DNA of 64,000 bases from an uncultured virus (IMG/VR IMGVR_UViG_3300014203_000013) (IMGVR_UViG_3300014203_000013), one strand, 5' to 3'. Shown: positions 1 to 7,939, counted from the first letter of the stretch. Translations and numbers: made by a program. Notes: a model not told the origin generated them from the letters alone.

Positions 1-1012
1 ACCTTGAGAGTCCCTTGCCCGAACATATCCTTGAACAATAACGGGAAATCGCTGGTTTACCACAAATTTCACATTTATTAAGTCTTTTATTGTATGGTTT
101 CCCATCATACATCTTTATAAAATCAGTTCCATATTTTCCTATTACATAAGAAATTACAGGACAAAGGTCTTCTTTATAAAGAACCTTGATGTTTGGAAAT
201 GCTATCATTTTTGCCTTTGTTTTTTCATCACAATCCATTTCACATTTACGCCCTTTTATTTCAATTATTGTTCCATCTTCCATTTTGAAGTCTGGATAGT
301 ACTTGTGTTCTTTTCCATCGAAGATATAAGATAGTGGTTCAACGTCTTTCGAAAAGCGGATATTATGATCTTCATTATAAATGATCCAAGCTAATTCCCA
401 ACTACTATCACAATGAAATCCATGATACCATCCTGATTTACCATAACCAGAACCTCGTCTATATCCGCCACGTGCACTTCTCCTAAATTTGTGTTCATTG
501 TCTTTAAAATAGCATTCCCGACAACAGTATGTTTTATGTCTAGAAGGATAGTATGTGAATTCTGAACCGCAAAGAGGACATTTTCCATTCTTTTTAAGAT
601 TCAAAATGCCATATTTCCTCAAATTTACGGTTTTTGAATTTTCTGACAAAGTTTTTTGTCCTTCTTCTGAACTTGCCCATTTCTTTTGATTCGTTGTCTT
701 TTGTTCTTTGTTTACATTTGAGCTGTATTTATTAGCACAGGTTCTACAACAAAAATTTTTGTCTGATTTTTCAGAACTTAATTTCCTTTTGGGAAAAATT
801 TTACCACAGACAAAGCAAGTAGTTTCAATCATTGGATTTTTATATTCGAAAGGACATTTCTTTGAACAAAAATTCCCTCCACCGTCTTTAACATCAATGA
901 GAATGTAATGTTTCTTTTTGTAGAAGGTCTTTCCGCAATTTTTACATTTCAGCGGCAACAAATCTCTTGATTTTGCTTTATTGAATTCTTCTTCCGTGTA
1001 AAGTGGAATCAT
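1..1012 (-). CDS. Free-standing putative homing endonuclease: multiple CxxC zinc fingers plus PD-(D/E)xK nuclease domain (runs off left edge; missing from the ORF track)
   Basis: Manual translation from ATG at 1012 (RBS AGGAGGA at 1021-1027): MIPLYTEEEF...CKNCGK...FCSKKC...DSSWELAW...KYYPDFKMEDGTIIEIKG; no stop before position 1. Confidence 0.75.
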   Translation of the reverse strand, partial: MIPLYTEEEFNKAKSRDLLPLKCKNCGKTFYKKKHYILIDVKDGGGNFCSKKCPFEYKNPMIETTCFVCGKIFPKRKLSSEKSDKNFCCRTCANKYSSNVNKEQKTTNQKKWASSEEGQKTLSENSKTVNLRKYGILNLKKNGKCPLCGSEFTYYPSRHKTYCCRECYFKDNEHKFRRSARGGYRRGSGYGKSGWYHGFHCDSSWELAWIIYNEDHNIRFSKDVEPLSYIFDGKEHKYYPDFKMEDGTIIEIKGRKCEMDCDEKTKAKMIAFPNIKVLYKEDLCPVISYVIGKYGTDFIKMYDGKPYNKRLNKCEICGKPAISRYCSRICSGKGLSR

Positions 1013-1053
1013 TTTTTGAATCCTCCTATACAGGATGTGGATATTGAATAAAA

Positions 1054-1145
1054 TGGCGGTTCTGACAAGATTCGAACTGACATTATCAGAATCAATTCTA
1101 ATTCTGGGATGAAAACCCGAGAACCTAACCATTTTCCATAGACCC
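1054..1145 (-). pseudogene. Degenerate tRNA-Glu(UUC) with long variable arm
   Basis: GGG-TTTTCAT-CCC anticodon arm, TTCGAAT T-loop, GCCA end; mismatched acceptor, D and T stems; variable hairpin TTAGAAT-TG-ATTCTGA. Confidence 0.65.
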
Positions 1146-1183
1146 AAAGACAAAATTGTCTGTCCGATATTCGCATCGAAAGA

Positions 1184-1272
1184 TGGCAAGGGTAGCGGGA
1201 TTCGAACCCGCACAAGCGCAGTGCGTTTCCAGGATGAAAACCTGGCGAGTTAACCAATTACTCCATACCCTC
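1184..1272 (-). tRNA. tRNA-Glu(UUC) with 17-nt variable region
   Basis: GAGGGTA/TACCCTT acceptor, GAGT/ACTC D-stem, CCAGG-TTTTCAT-CCTGG anticodon arm, GCGGG-TTCGAAT-CCCGC T-arm, G73, CCA. Confidence 0.85.
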
Positions 1273-1278
1273 AAGATT

Positions 1279-1730
1279 TGGCGTTCAGCGGTGTTTCAGT
1301 AAACTGTTTTCATCTCCATCGGACCTTGTGGAATCCGGTTTCTTAGACTAACACCTTTCAAACCTTCAGTACACTCCAATGTGGAAGCGCAATCCAGATT
1401 GAACACAAAACTAACGCCCGAGTCCTTTCACCGTACTATTAAATACGGTCAGGTAGACACCACCTGTTTTTAAGAAACTTTTTGATTGACTTCAAACGAT
1501 TCCTGTTCCCGTATAGGGCTGGAACCATGTATCCATCAACCAGTCCCTGTTTTTTAAGACAGGGCGATAAGTCTCACTTAATTCCGGGCGGATTTTAAAC
1601 CTATCCATTTCCTGAGCTTTTCATTCAGGCCGGTCTCGTAGAGACTTTTACAAATCGTATTCAGTTTTCAATTATACCCCAGCTCATTTCTGAACTTTTC
1701 AGCAGGGCGCGGTGTCAAACCGCTTTCGCC
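1279..1730 (-). ncRNA. Large structured ncRNA, ROOL/GOLLD-class candidate
   Basis: ORF-free 450 nt between a promoter and tRNA-Glu; many hairpins, long-range pair CGCCCGGA/ACTCGGGCG, possible pseudoknot GATAGG/CTTATC. Confidence 0.6.
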
Positions 1731-1750
1731 TTTTTTCTTCAACACCGTAG

Positions 1751-1779
1751 ACTTTAGCAAAATCGCCGCCGTCTGTCAA
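1751..1779 (-). promoter_or_regulatory. sigma70-type promoter for the large ncRNA and tRNA-Glu
   Basis: TTGACA-N17-TAAAGT. Confidence 0.75.
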
Positions 1780-1806
1780 GTGCCTATAGAAATTTTTTCT
1801 GATTTT

Positions 1807-1896
1807 TTCTAAATCACGGAATCGAACCGTGTCTGGTCGCGTTTTAGCCATGAGGTTGCCACCTTCATAGCATCGCTTCCTTCTGACCTATTCAGA
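1807..1896 (-). ncRNA. tRNA-like RNA (acceptor stem and T-arm; one long arm replaces the D and anticodon arms)
   Basis: TCTGAAT/ATTTAGA stem, CACGG-TTCGATT-CCGTG T-arm, GGTC/GACC, GCG/CGC, GCTATGAAGGT-GGCA-ACCTCATGGC hairpin. Confidence 0.6.
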
Positions 1897-1910
1897 AAAA
1901 TCAATTCATT

Positions 1911-1922
1911 TCTCAAAGAACA
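1911..1922 (-). promoter_or_regulatory. boxA-like antitermination element
   Basis: TGTTCTTTGAGA between promoter and RNA gene. Confidence 0.55.
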
Positions 1923-1973
1923 TTTATCGTCAGGATTTTTGGGGTTTCCCTACTTATCCTTTCAACGCCGCAC

Positions 1974-2002
1974 ATCTTACTAAATACATTGCATGTTGTC
2001 AA
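1974..2002 (-). promoter_or_regulatory. sigma70-type promoter
   Basis: TTGACA-N17-TAAGAT. Confidence 0.75.
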
Positions 2003-2048
2003 TAGGGTCTTCAAAGAATTTTTCATTTTCTTTTAACCCGTTCAAAAA

Positions 2049-2125
2049 TGGTCAGCGCGACTGGATTTGAACCAGCAAATTCTTGAACCCGAATCAAGCG
2101 GTCTACCAAGTTGACCCACGCGCTG
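2049..2125 (-). tRNA. tRNA-Pro(CGG)
   Basis: CAGCGCG/CGCGCTG acceptor, CTTGA-TTCGGGT-TCAAG anticodon arm, TTCAAAT T-loop, ACCA end. Confidence 0.92.
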
Positions 2126-2133
2126 TTTAAAAA

Positions 2134-2232
2134 TGGCAGTAGAAGCAGGATTCGAACCTGCACACACAATCGGTTAAGATTGTCTTGGGTTGAGTAACAG
2201 TCAACTGCCCTACCAATTTGGCCTATTCTACT
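2134..2232 (-). tRNA. tRNA-Asn(GUU) with 27-nt variable region
   Basis: AGTAGAA/TTCTACT acceptor, GTTGA-CTGTTAC-TCAAC anticodon arm, variable hairpin ACAATC-TTAACC-GATTGT, GCAGG-TTCGAAT-CCTGC, GCCA. Confidence 0.82.
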
Positions 2233-2251
2233 ATACTTCTAAACAGAAGTA

Positions 2252-2263
2252 TTTCAAAGAACA
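2252..2263 (-). promoter_or_regulatory. boxA-like element upstream of tRNA-Asn
   Basis: TGTTCTTTGAAA. Confidence 0.55.
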
Positions 2264-2376
2264 AACTTGTAGACCTTACTTGAAGATAATACAAGATATT
2301 CTATTATTGAAGCTTTCGAGAGTCACTTATGACTCTACACCATAAACCACGAGAAGGTACTCCAATATGATACAGC

Positions 2377-2469
2377 AAGAGGGTGTCAGATTCGAACTGA
2401 CAGAACCGGGTGTTAGCCGATTCAGATGTTTTCGAGACATCCGGGTTCAACCAATTCCCCCAACCCTCC
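2377..2469 (-). tRNA. tRNA-Ser(CGA), CCA not encoded
   Basis: GGAGGGT/ACCCTCT acceptor, GATGT-CTCGAAA-ACATC anticodon arm, long variable arm, GTCAG-TTCGAAT-CTGAC. Confidence 0.88.
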
Positions 2470-2490
2470 TTAATATCAAATTTCAAAAAC

Positions 2491-2580
2491 TGGAGGAGAG
2501 TGAGGGGTTCGAACCCTCGTGGGTTTTTGATTCCCGCAGGCTTTCCAGGCCCGCGCATTTACCAATTCTACCAACTCTCC
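2491..2580 (-). tRNA. tRNA-Ser(GGA)
   Basis: GGAGAGT/ACTCTCC acceptor, CGGGC-CTGGAAA-GCCTG anticodon arm, long variable arm, TCCA end. Confidence 0.92.
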
Positions 2581-2613
2581 AAAACCAACTTCTTCTCGTA
2601 GAAAACAAAAGAC

Positions 2614-2642
2614 ACTTTAACAGTTTTTTTACCTCCCGTCAA
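2614..2642 (-). promoter_or_regulatory. sigma70-type promoter of the tRNA-Ser operon
   Basis: TTGACG-N17-TAAAGT. Confidence 0.7.
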
Positions 2643-2897
2643 GTGCCCTTCCCTTAAAAATCTTAAACTTTTTCTTAACGGTTAGTTTTTCTTACCTCCA
2701 TTAGACAAAAAACGACTATATGATTTTCGCCCTGGAAGCAATTTTATCCTATTTGTCGTTTCTTTCATTCCTTCTCCTAACACATTATAGATTCTTCACG
2801 CAAACATTTTACAAATATCAAAATAAATTCATCCTATCTTTAAATATTCTGTAAATAATTTTCTGTCAACTCAAAGTTCCACCAATACAAATTCGTT

Positions 2898-3161
2898 TCA
2901 TTTTAACTTCCAAAAATTTTTCCAACGGATTGATTTTGTCAACGGTGATTCCCTCTCATCGTCTTTATGATTTAGACATTCACGTAGTTTACGTAAAACA
3001 AGATTTGAAGCTTTACACAGCGATGGATCTCTACCGTAGGAAGCATCTTGACAAATCCTTGAAACAAGCAGAATCACGCTTTCAACATCTTTATGAGACA
3101 TTGAACGAACCAAGGCAGAAGCCTGACAACCCGTTACGTTCTTTTCACTCATTCTATTCAC
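2898..3161 (-). CDS. Hypothetical protein
   Basis: ORF coupled to upstream gene, RBS GAAGG. Confidence 0.6.
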   Translation of the reverse strand: MNRMSEKNVTGCQASALVRSMSHKDVESVILLVSRICQDASYGRDPSLCKASNLVLRKLRECLNHKDDERESPLTKSIRWKNFWKLK

Positions 3162-3414
3162 CTTCTTTTATTTCTGAAAGAGCATTGGTTGGTGTTGAAC
3201 ATCTCCTGTTCCATGCGCAGAGAGCCTCTTCAAGGTTGTAATATTCGTCAGTCCTTGCACCGCACCAACCACATTCAACATAACTACGATATGGTTCATC
3301 GTGTTCCAAGGGCCGGCTGAAACCACAAAAAGGACACCTCAACAATTCTGAGGGAATACCGGCGTATAGTCTTTTAGTCCACTGTTTTATCAATCGTTTA
3401 ATTTTTTTTATCAT
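3154..3414 (-). CDS. Lar-family restriction alleviation zinc-finger protein
   Basis: CPFCG...VECGWCGART...EEALCAWNRR signature. Confidence 0.75.
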   Translation of the reverse strand: MIKKIKRLIKQWTKRLYAGIPSELLRCPFCGFSRPLEHDEPYRSYVECGWCGARTDEYYNLEEALCAWNRRCSTPTNALSEIKEGE

Positions 3415-3516
3415 GTTCTATCTATTCCTCTTATGGAATCATAAATGCTATTTTTCTTAACTGCCAACGTAGAAATTAGCGTTGAAGCGGTTATGATAAT
3501 TTACTCTCTTGAAAAA

Positions 3517-3717
3517 TCAACTGCGACAACCCGCTAACTCCCTCTCGTAGTCAGCGACTATACTGTCATGCACAGGCTGCAAGATTTTTTCGAAGAAGTT
3601 AGTCAACTTGCCGTTGTCGATTGTCCTGTTCTTATTTGTATGATAACAAAGCACGCCAAGCTTATTTGCTGGGCTACGATGTGTGAGCTCTTGTCCTATC
3701 TGTTTGTCTGTTACCAT
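3517..3717 (-). CDS. Hypothetical protein
   Basis: ORF with AAGGAG RBS. Confidence 0.6.
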   Translation of the reverse strand: MVTDKQIGQELTHRSPANKLGVLCYHTNKNRTIDNGKLTNFFEKILQPVHDSIVADYERELAGCRS

Positions 3718-3814
3718 GATCTTTCTCCTTTAAAATGTGAACCAATAAATCATCCCACTGAACCTTTATTTCACTCGGCCGGTGGCTTCCATCACAAAAA
3801 ACCTGAATCCCGTC

Positions 3815-3988
3815 CTACGAAGAAAACACGTCCCCTAGAGAGTTCTTTAACACACGCCCTTTATAAACGATCAAGTGTGCCCGCATTTCAAGTTCAGCGG
3901 GAACAGCTCTCAACGGGCTTTCATCTTTACGTAACGTTTTGACATCCTTATCCATAATCTCCAATACCTTCACGGTTCTTATTTCCAT
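3815..3988 (-). CDS. Hypothetical protein
   Basis: ATG MEIRTV after AAGGA RBS. Confidence 0.5.
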   Translation of the reverse strand: MEIRTVKVLEIMDKDVKTLRKDESPLRAVPAELEMRAHLIVYKGRVLKNSLGDVFSS

Positions 3989-4066
3989 TTTCTCGTTCCT
4001 TTCGTTTTTTAAAAACAATTGCTAACCGCGCCAGCCAACGGTTCACCGCGCCTCATTTCCGATATT

Positions 4067-4240
4067 CTACTTGCGTTGTCGATAGATTACTCCAATAATC
4101 ATTATTACCGCAGTAAGAGGCCAAATCGGCGACCAGAAGAGACTAGCCCATGCACGATACGGAATCCCCGACTCGTACGTCTGCATGGCGTCTTTCCCCA
4201 TGTTGAATAGTGCGATTGCCAAGTAAGTTTCGAGTGTCAT
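4067..4240 (-). CDS. Small membrane protein (57 aa, not in ORF track)
   Basis: MTLETYLAIALF...WASLFWSPIWPLTAVIMIIGVIY. Confidence 0.5.
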   Translation of the reverse strand: MTLETYLAIALFNMGKDAMQTYESGIPYRAWASLFWSPIWPLTAVIMIIGVIYRQRK

Positions 4241-4245
4241 GTCTT

Positions 4246-4539
4246 TTACATCGTTTCAAGCAATGCATGAATTGCATTCAAACTGGCAATCTTATCAGCA
4301 TCAGGTGCTGGAATTAGACGCATAGCGACATCCATCTGTTCAAGTTCTTCCTTTTTATTCACACCAACCAAACCGATAAGAGCTTTTCTTAAAAGCGCAA
4401 TATCATTTTCCGCTTTTCTCATCGGGTGTTTCTGGCACACTTTAATATGTTCAGTAAGGACATCGCTTCCCCACGCTGAAGTTTCTTGCGGATATTCATG
4501 GCCGCAGTACACGCAAGTCAGGACTCTGTTTTCCATCAT
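4246..4539 (-). CDS. Zinc-finger hypothetical protein
   Basis: LTCVYCG...EHIKVCQKHP; AGGAG RBS. Confidence 0.65.
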   Translation of the reverse strand: MMENRVLTCVYCGHEYPQETSAWGSDVLTEHIKVCQKHPMRKAENDIALLRKALIGLVGVNKKEELEQMDVAMRLIPAPDADKIASLNAIHALLETM

Positions 4540-4609
4540 TATTCTCCTTTTCAAAGGTTGTGACGCAATTCTGAAAATCTCGTCCCTGTATATTTTCTTG
4601 ATCCCGTTC

Positions 4610-4783
4610 CTAAAAAGTTACATATGGATAACTTGGAACGGGATAAGGAGTTTTATTAGGATAAGCAGGAAAATTTGTTTCTTGTTCATTCGTTTTTTCG
4701 CAATAGCAAGGACAACTGCTCACCCAAGGTGCGTTTACTCTTCCGCACTTAGGACATATCCATCCCATATTTTGTTCACTCAT
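4610..4783 (-). CDS. Small zinc-ribbon protein (57 aa, not in ORF track)
   Basis: GWICPKCGRVNAPWVSSCPC; AAGGAG RBS. Confidence 0.6.
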   Translation of the reverse strand: MSEQNMGWICPKCGRVNAPWVSSCPCYCEKTNEQETNFPAYPNKTPYPVPSYPYVTF

Positions 4784-4915
4784 TTTCTTTCTCCTTTTTG
4801 AACATGTAACCGTCAGAAGGACAAAATAGATGTATATTCATTCAATTATCCCACTGATTGACTGCATCCTTCGGTAATCCACGTATGATGTTAACAATTT
4901 ATTCTTGTTTTTATT

Positions 4916-5977
4916 CTACCATTTTTTCATTTCCCAATCTGATGAAATCAAGATTTCATTCAGTTGTTCTTGTGTCGAAGAATAGATTAGGAATCCGTGA
5001 TTTTTAAGATTTACAACACCGTATTCCGATCCTTCCGGTATTGCTTTCAAAATCAAATCTTTTTCCCTATAGTCTCCGCAAAACCGATATTCATTGGTTT
5101 CAGAAACATCAAAAGAATAACTTCCCGGTTTTAGAAATGCATGTCCGTGAATCATATATTTGATCTTCGTCAAATGAACATAAAGGGAAATCTGTATCGG
5201 CGCATCAACACTTGGTTTCATCTGCCCTCCATAATAAACCAAATCGTTTTCAAGATAACAGGGAACCATATCTTCAGCCGTTAAACCTGTTTTATCACAA
5301 TTTCTCGGACTGACAAAAACAACACCGGTACCCGAACAGCTTGGGAAAAGATTCTGACACCTTGTGCTTATATTTCCGAAAAAACGGTTTCCACAGCTTT
5401 CCATAATCTTTTCTTTAATCATATTGTTTGCTTTTATAAGATATCGGATGCTTTCTTTATCTCTGGTATAGCCGTCAAGGCCGTTTAGATGCGTTGAGCC
5501 GAGTCTTACGCTTTCCCTTGTCTGTTTATATAGGTCATTGATAGCCTTGCACAGAACGCTGATTTCGGAGGTATTGCACCAAATGTTTCCCAAGGCATCA
5601 ATCAATTCAAATTTAAAAGGGTTTTTGTCTTTGTAAATACAGATAACGGCATTCCCTTGCATTTTGAAAATGCGACTTACGGCATCAAATCGCGTATAGT
5701 CTTCCCGCATGACCTTGGAACAAATCAAAACATCCCCAATCTTCTTGACAGGATAATGTTTGGGTTCTTCATTTCTGATATCCGGCATCCAAATCATGGT
5801 GTCTATCCATTTATTTGAATTGTATAAATCCTGTATGAATGATGGTGTATTCAAAGAATGTCCATTCATCGATATTCCGCTACCGTAATTCAATAATTCG
5901 GTTTTGATTTTATCGACAATGCCAGAAACCCTGCTGTTTTTTCCGTCAATCGTTCCACCGTAGATGAAAAAATTCAT
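4916..5977 (-). CDS. Class II aldolase/adducin-domain protein with unknown N-terminal domain
   Basis: GNISTR, KPSVDA, MIHGH, LKNHGF metal-binding motifs. Confidence 0.7.
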   Translation of the reverse strand: MNFFIYGGTIDGKNSRVSGIVDKIKTELLNYGSGISMNGHSLNTPSFIQDLYNSNKWIDTMIWMPDIRNEEPKHYPVKKIGDVLICSKVMREDYTRFDAVSRIFKMQGNAVICIYKDKNPFKFELIDALGNIWCNTSEISVLCKAINDLYKQTRESVRLGSTHLNGLDGYTRDKESIRYLIKANNMIKEKIMESCGNRFFGNISTRCQNLFPSCSGTGVVFVSPRNCDKTGLTAEDMVPCYLENDLVYYGGQMKPSVDAPIQISLYVHLTKIKYMIHGHAFLKPGSYSFDVSETNEYRFCGDYREKDLILKAIPEGSEYGVVNLKNHGFLIYSSTQEQLNEILISSDWEMKKW

Positions 5978-6312
5978 TTATACCAACCTTTCTTTAACCA
6001 TTCTCCGAAATCCAAACAACTGTTTTCCCTTATAAATTTCCGATACCGCTCCTGACTTCTGGTAAGAACTTTTTTTACGGGTTCGTTCTCTCTGACAAAC
6101 TGTTTACCCTTTTCGGTCACATAAAACAAGTTGTTCCCGATAAACGCCGTTGGGGTCTTCTCCTTTGTCATATACCCTTTGGCAAGCAAACTTTCACAAA
6201 TTGAGATATCTTCTCCCGCCGGATCATAAAAATTCCTATGCCAAGTAAGATTTCCTTCCCAATCCGTTCCTAAACTGTGTCTTAAAATCTTAAGTTCATT
6301 TTCTGTTGTCAT
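5974..6312 (-). CDS. Hypothetical phage protein (possible winged helix)
   Basis: LRHSLG...RNFY...FYVTEKGK. Confidence 0.65.
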   Translation of the reverse strand: MTTENELKILRHSLGTDWEGNLTWHRNFYDPAGEDISICESLLAKGYMTKEKTPTAFIGNNLFYVTEKGKQFVRENEPVKKVLTRSQERYRKFIRENSCLDFGEWLKKGWYK

Positions 6313-6339
6313 TTCTTCCCTTTTTTGAAACATAGATAA

Positions 6340-6368
6340 AGCTTAATGCTTCCAATTTGTTTTGTCAA
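6340..6368 (-). promoter_or_regulatory. sigma70-type promoter
   Basis: TTGACA-N17-TAAGCT. Confidence 0.65.
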
Positions 6369-6382
6369 GTCCGTATGAAAAA

Positions 6383-6751
6383 TCAATACATGATAAGATT
6401 ACTGACTTTTATCTTCTTCTGTTCCTTCTTTTCTAACAAATCTTTCCTTGCTTTTCTCCAATATGTTTTTCCTTTTTTACTTGTTGTCTTTAACAAAACC
6501 GTTGGATATGGTTCTATCTGTTTGGCTATCTTTACCCATAAATTCGGAAACCACATTTGGGTTATCTTCTTAAATTCAGGTCTCCAAACACAAATTACTT
6601 CATCCCCGGACTTGAACATATCTGCATATTTCTTGAAATGTTCCGAAGTTTCTGTTCTTCCTTCTACACAAAGATTGACAATGCTTCTAGATGTGTTTCC
6701 TTCTTTCTCTCTGATTTCTAATATTTTTGCGATGACATATTCTTCGATCAT
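6383..6751 (-). CDS. Hypothetical protein
   Basis: ORF with GGAAGGAG RBS. Confidence 0.55.
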   Translation of the reverse strand: MIEEYVIAKILEIREKEGNTSRSIVNLCVEGRTETSEHFKKYADMFKSGDEVICVWRPEFKKITQMWFPNLWVKIAKQIEPYPTVLLKTTSKKGKTYWRKARKDLLEKKEQKKIKVSNLIMY

Positions 6752-7125
6752 TATCTTTTCTCCTTCCTGTATATATGTTTTATATCTTTTCCATTTCTTA
6801 TTTTTTAATCCTTTCCTACTGTATTTAAGGAATACCTAAATCAGAAGACAATAAGAAAGAAGCTTTAAAACCGATATCCCCAAAAAAGAATAAGAAATAT
6901 ATTGCCGAAAGAAAAAAAAGGAAGAGAATCATCATTTCCCAGTCTGATATTGACATTCGGCAAGCAAGGAGAAGTTGGAGAACACGGTTCCACCCCTTAT
7001 CTAAAGCAAAGATAAAGAATGAAACCCTATTTTCCTATATTCTGAAAAAACAGAATATGACACATGCTTAGATACTTAATTCGTATAAGCTTAGGGGAAG
7101 GTTTTCAACAATGTCCTATGCTAGT

Positions 7126-7586
7126 TCAGGTATTTATCCCGAAAATAAAGCAGGGATGCAGAGGTCTACTCAGTTCCGTCGTGTCACAAGCTGAATGTTG
7201 AATTTCACAACATTCCCTATTTCCCTCGTCCTCCGGCGAAACCCCGTTCGCGCCTAGACTTGGCTGACTAAAGTGGCCTGGAAATAGTCCTGACAGATCC
7301 CCACAATAGAAGTGTCTCAAATCTATCATCGCGGGCAATGCCGTATTTTTCAAACCTTTTTAGTTTCACATGTTTTATCATATGAACCACATTGCTTCAA
7401 AAATGCGTTTCTGTCAATCTTTAAGCAAGGGGGTGTTATCCACTGTCTTGCTCCGGACCTTCGCCTGTGGCTCGCCTAGACCCTGTTTAAGAGGGGTTTA
7501 CGATGTCCAGAGGGTACACTAGCCATTATGTTATCAAGGTAATAGCCTAACCTTATACTTACGTACAGTCCTGATATAGACAACCG
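7126..7586 (-). ncRNA. Candidate structured ncRNA(s) in a GC-richer intergenic block
   Basis: Pairs CTCTGGAC/GTCCGGAG, CTATTTCC/GGAAATAG, GAATGTTG/CAACATTC; motifs TCAGGACT and GTCTAGGCG each occur twice. Confidence 0.35.
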
Positions 7587-7607
7587 TTTTTAATTTTTCA
7601 GGAAACC

Positions 7608-7922
7608 TTATAGCAAATTCAAGAACTTGATCTTTTTAGCAAGATACCAAGTCCCTCCTTCGCCGATAGGCCTTTTGATTTCCGTCATGCCTTTGATTTC
7701 AACCCTACACCAAACGCGTCGTTCACCGGTCTTTAAAACCATTTTAAGATGCGGGGCATAGGGTTTATATGTGCAATGCCAACCGGGTCTTACTGCAAAT
7801 CCTTTTGTTGGGATACATTGCGAAGGCATCCACTTTCCAAATTGAATTATCTGTTTCCTATTGATGAACAGAGGACCAAAACTTCCATCTTTCCTGATTC
7901 TTATGAGTTTGTAAGCTTTCAT
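7608..7922 (-). CDS. Conserved-looking phage hypothetical protein
   Basis: MKAYKL...GPLFIN...FAVRPGWH. Confidence 0.7.
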   Translation of the reverse strand: MKAYKLIRIRKDGSFGPLFINRKQIIQFGKWMPSQCIPTKGFAVRPGWHCTYKPYAPHLKMVLKTGERRVWCRVEIKGMTEIKRPIGEGGTWYLAKKIKFLNLL

Positions 7923-7939
7923 TTATTTGAAAAGAACCT

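Noticed and set aside
1184..1272. Reading the long-arm tRNA as tRNA-Sec or opal suppressor (TCA in loop)
   Set aside because: The 5-bp stem CCAGG/CCTGG centres the 7-nt loop on TTC; the 7/5 acceptor/T geometry is canonical, not the 8/5 Sec fold.
1279..1730. tmRNA call for the large ncRNA (3' end reads ...ACGCCA)
   Set aside because: No T-arm before the CCA, no Ala-type acceptor stem with G3-U70, and no clear tag ORF.
391..2657. Short ORF-track ORFs over the nuclease and tRNA cluster
   Set aside because: They are alternate-frame or antisense shadows of the 1..1012 gene and tRNA genes.
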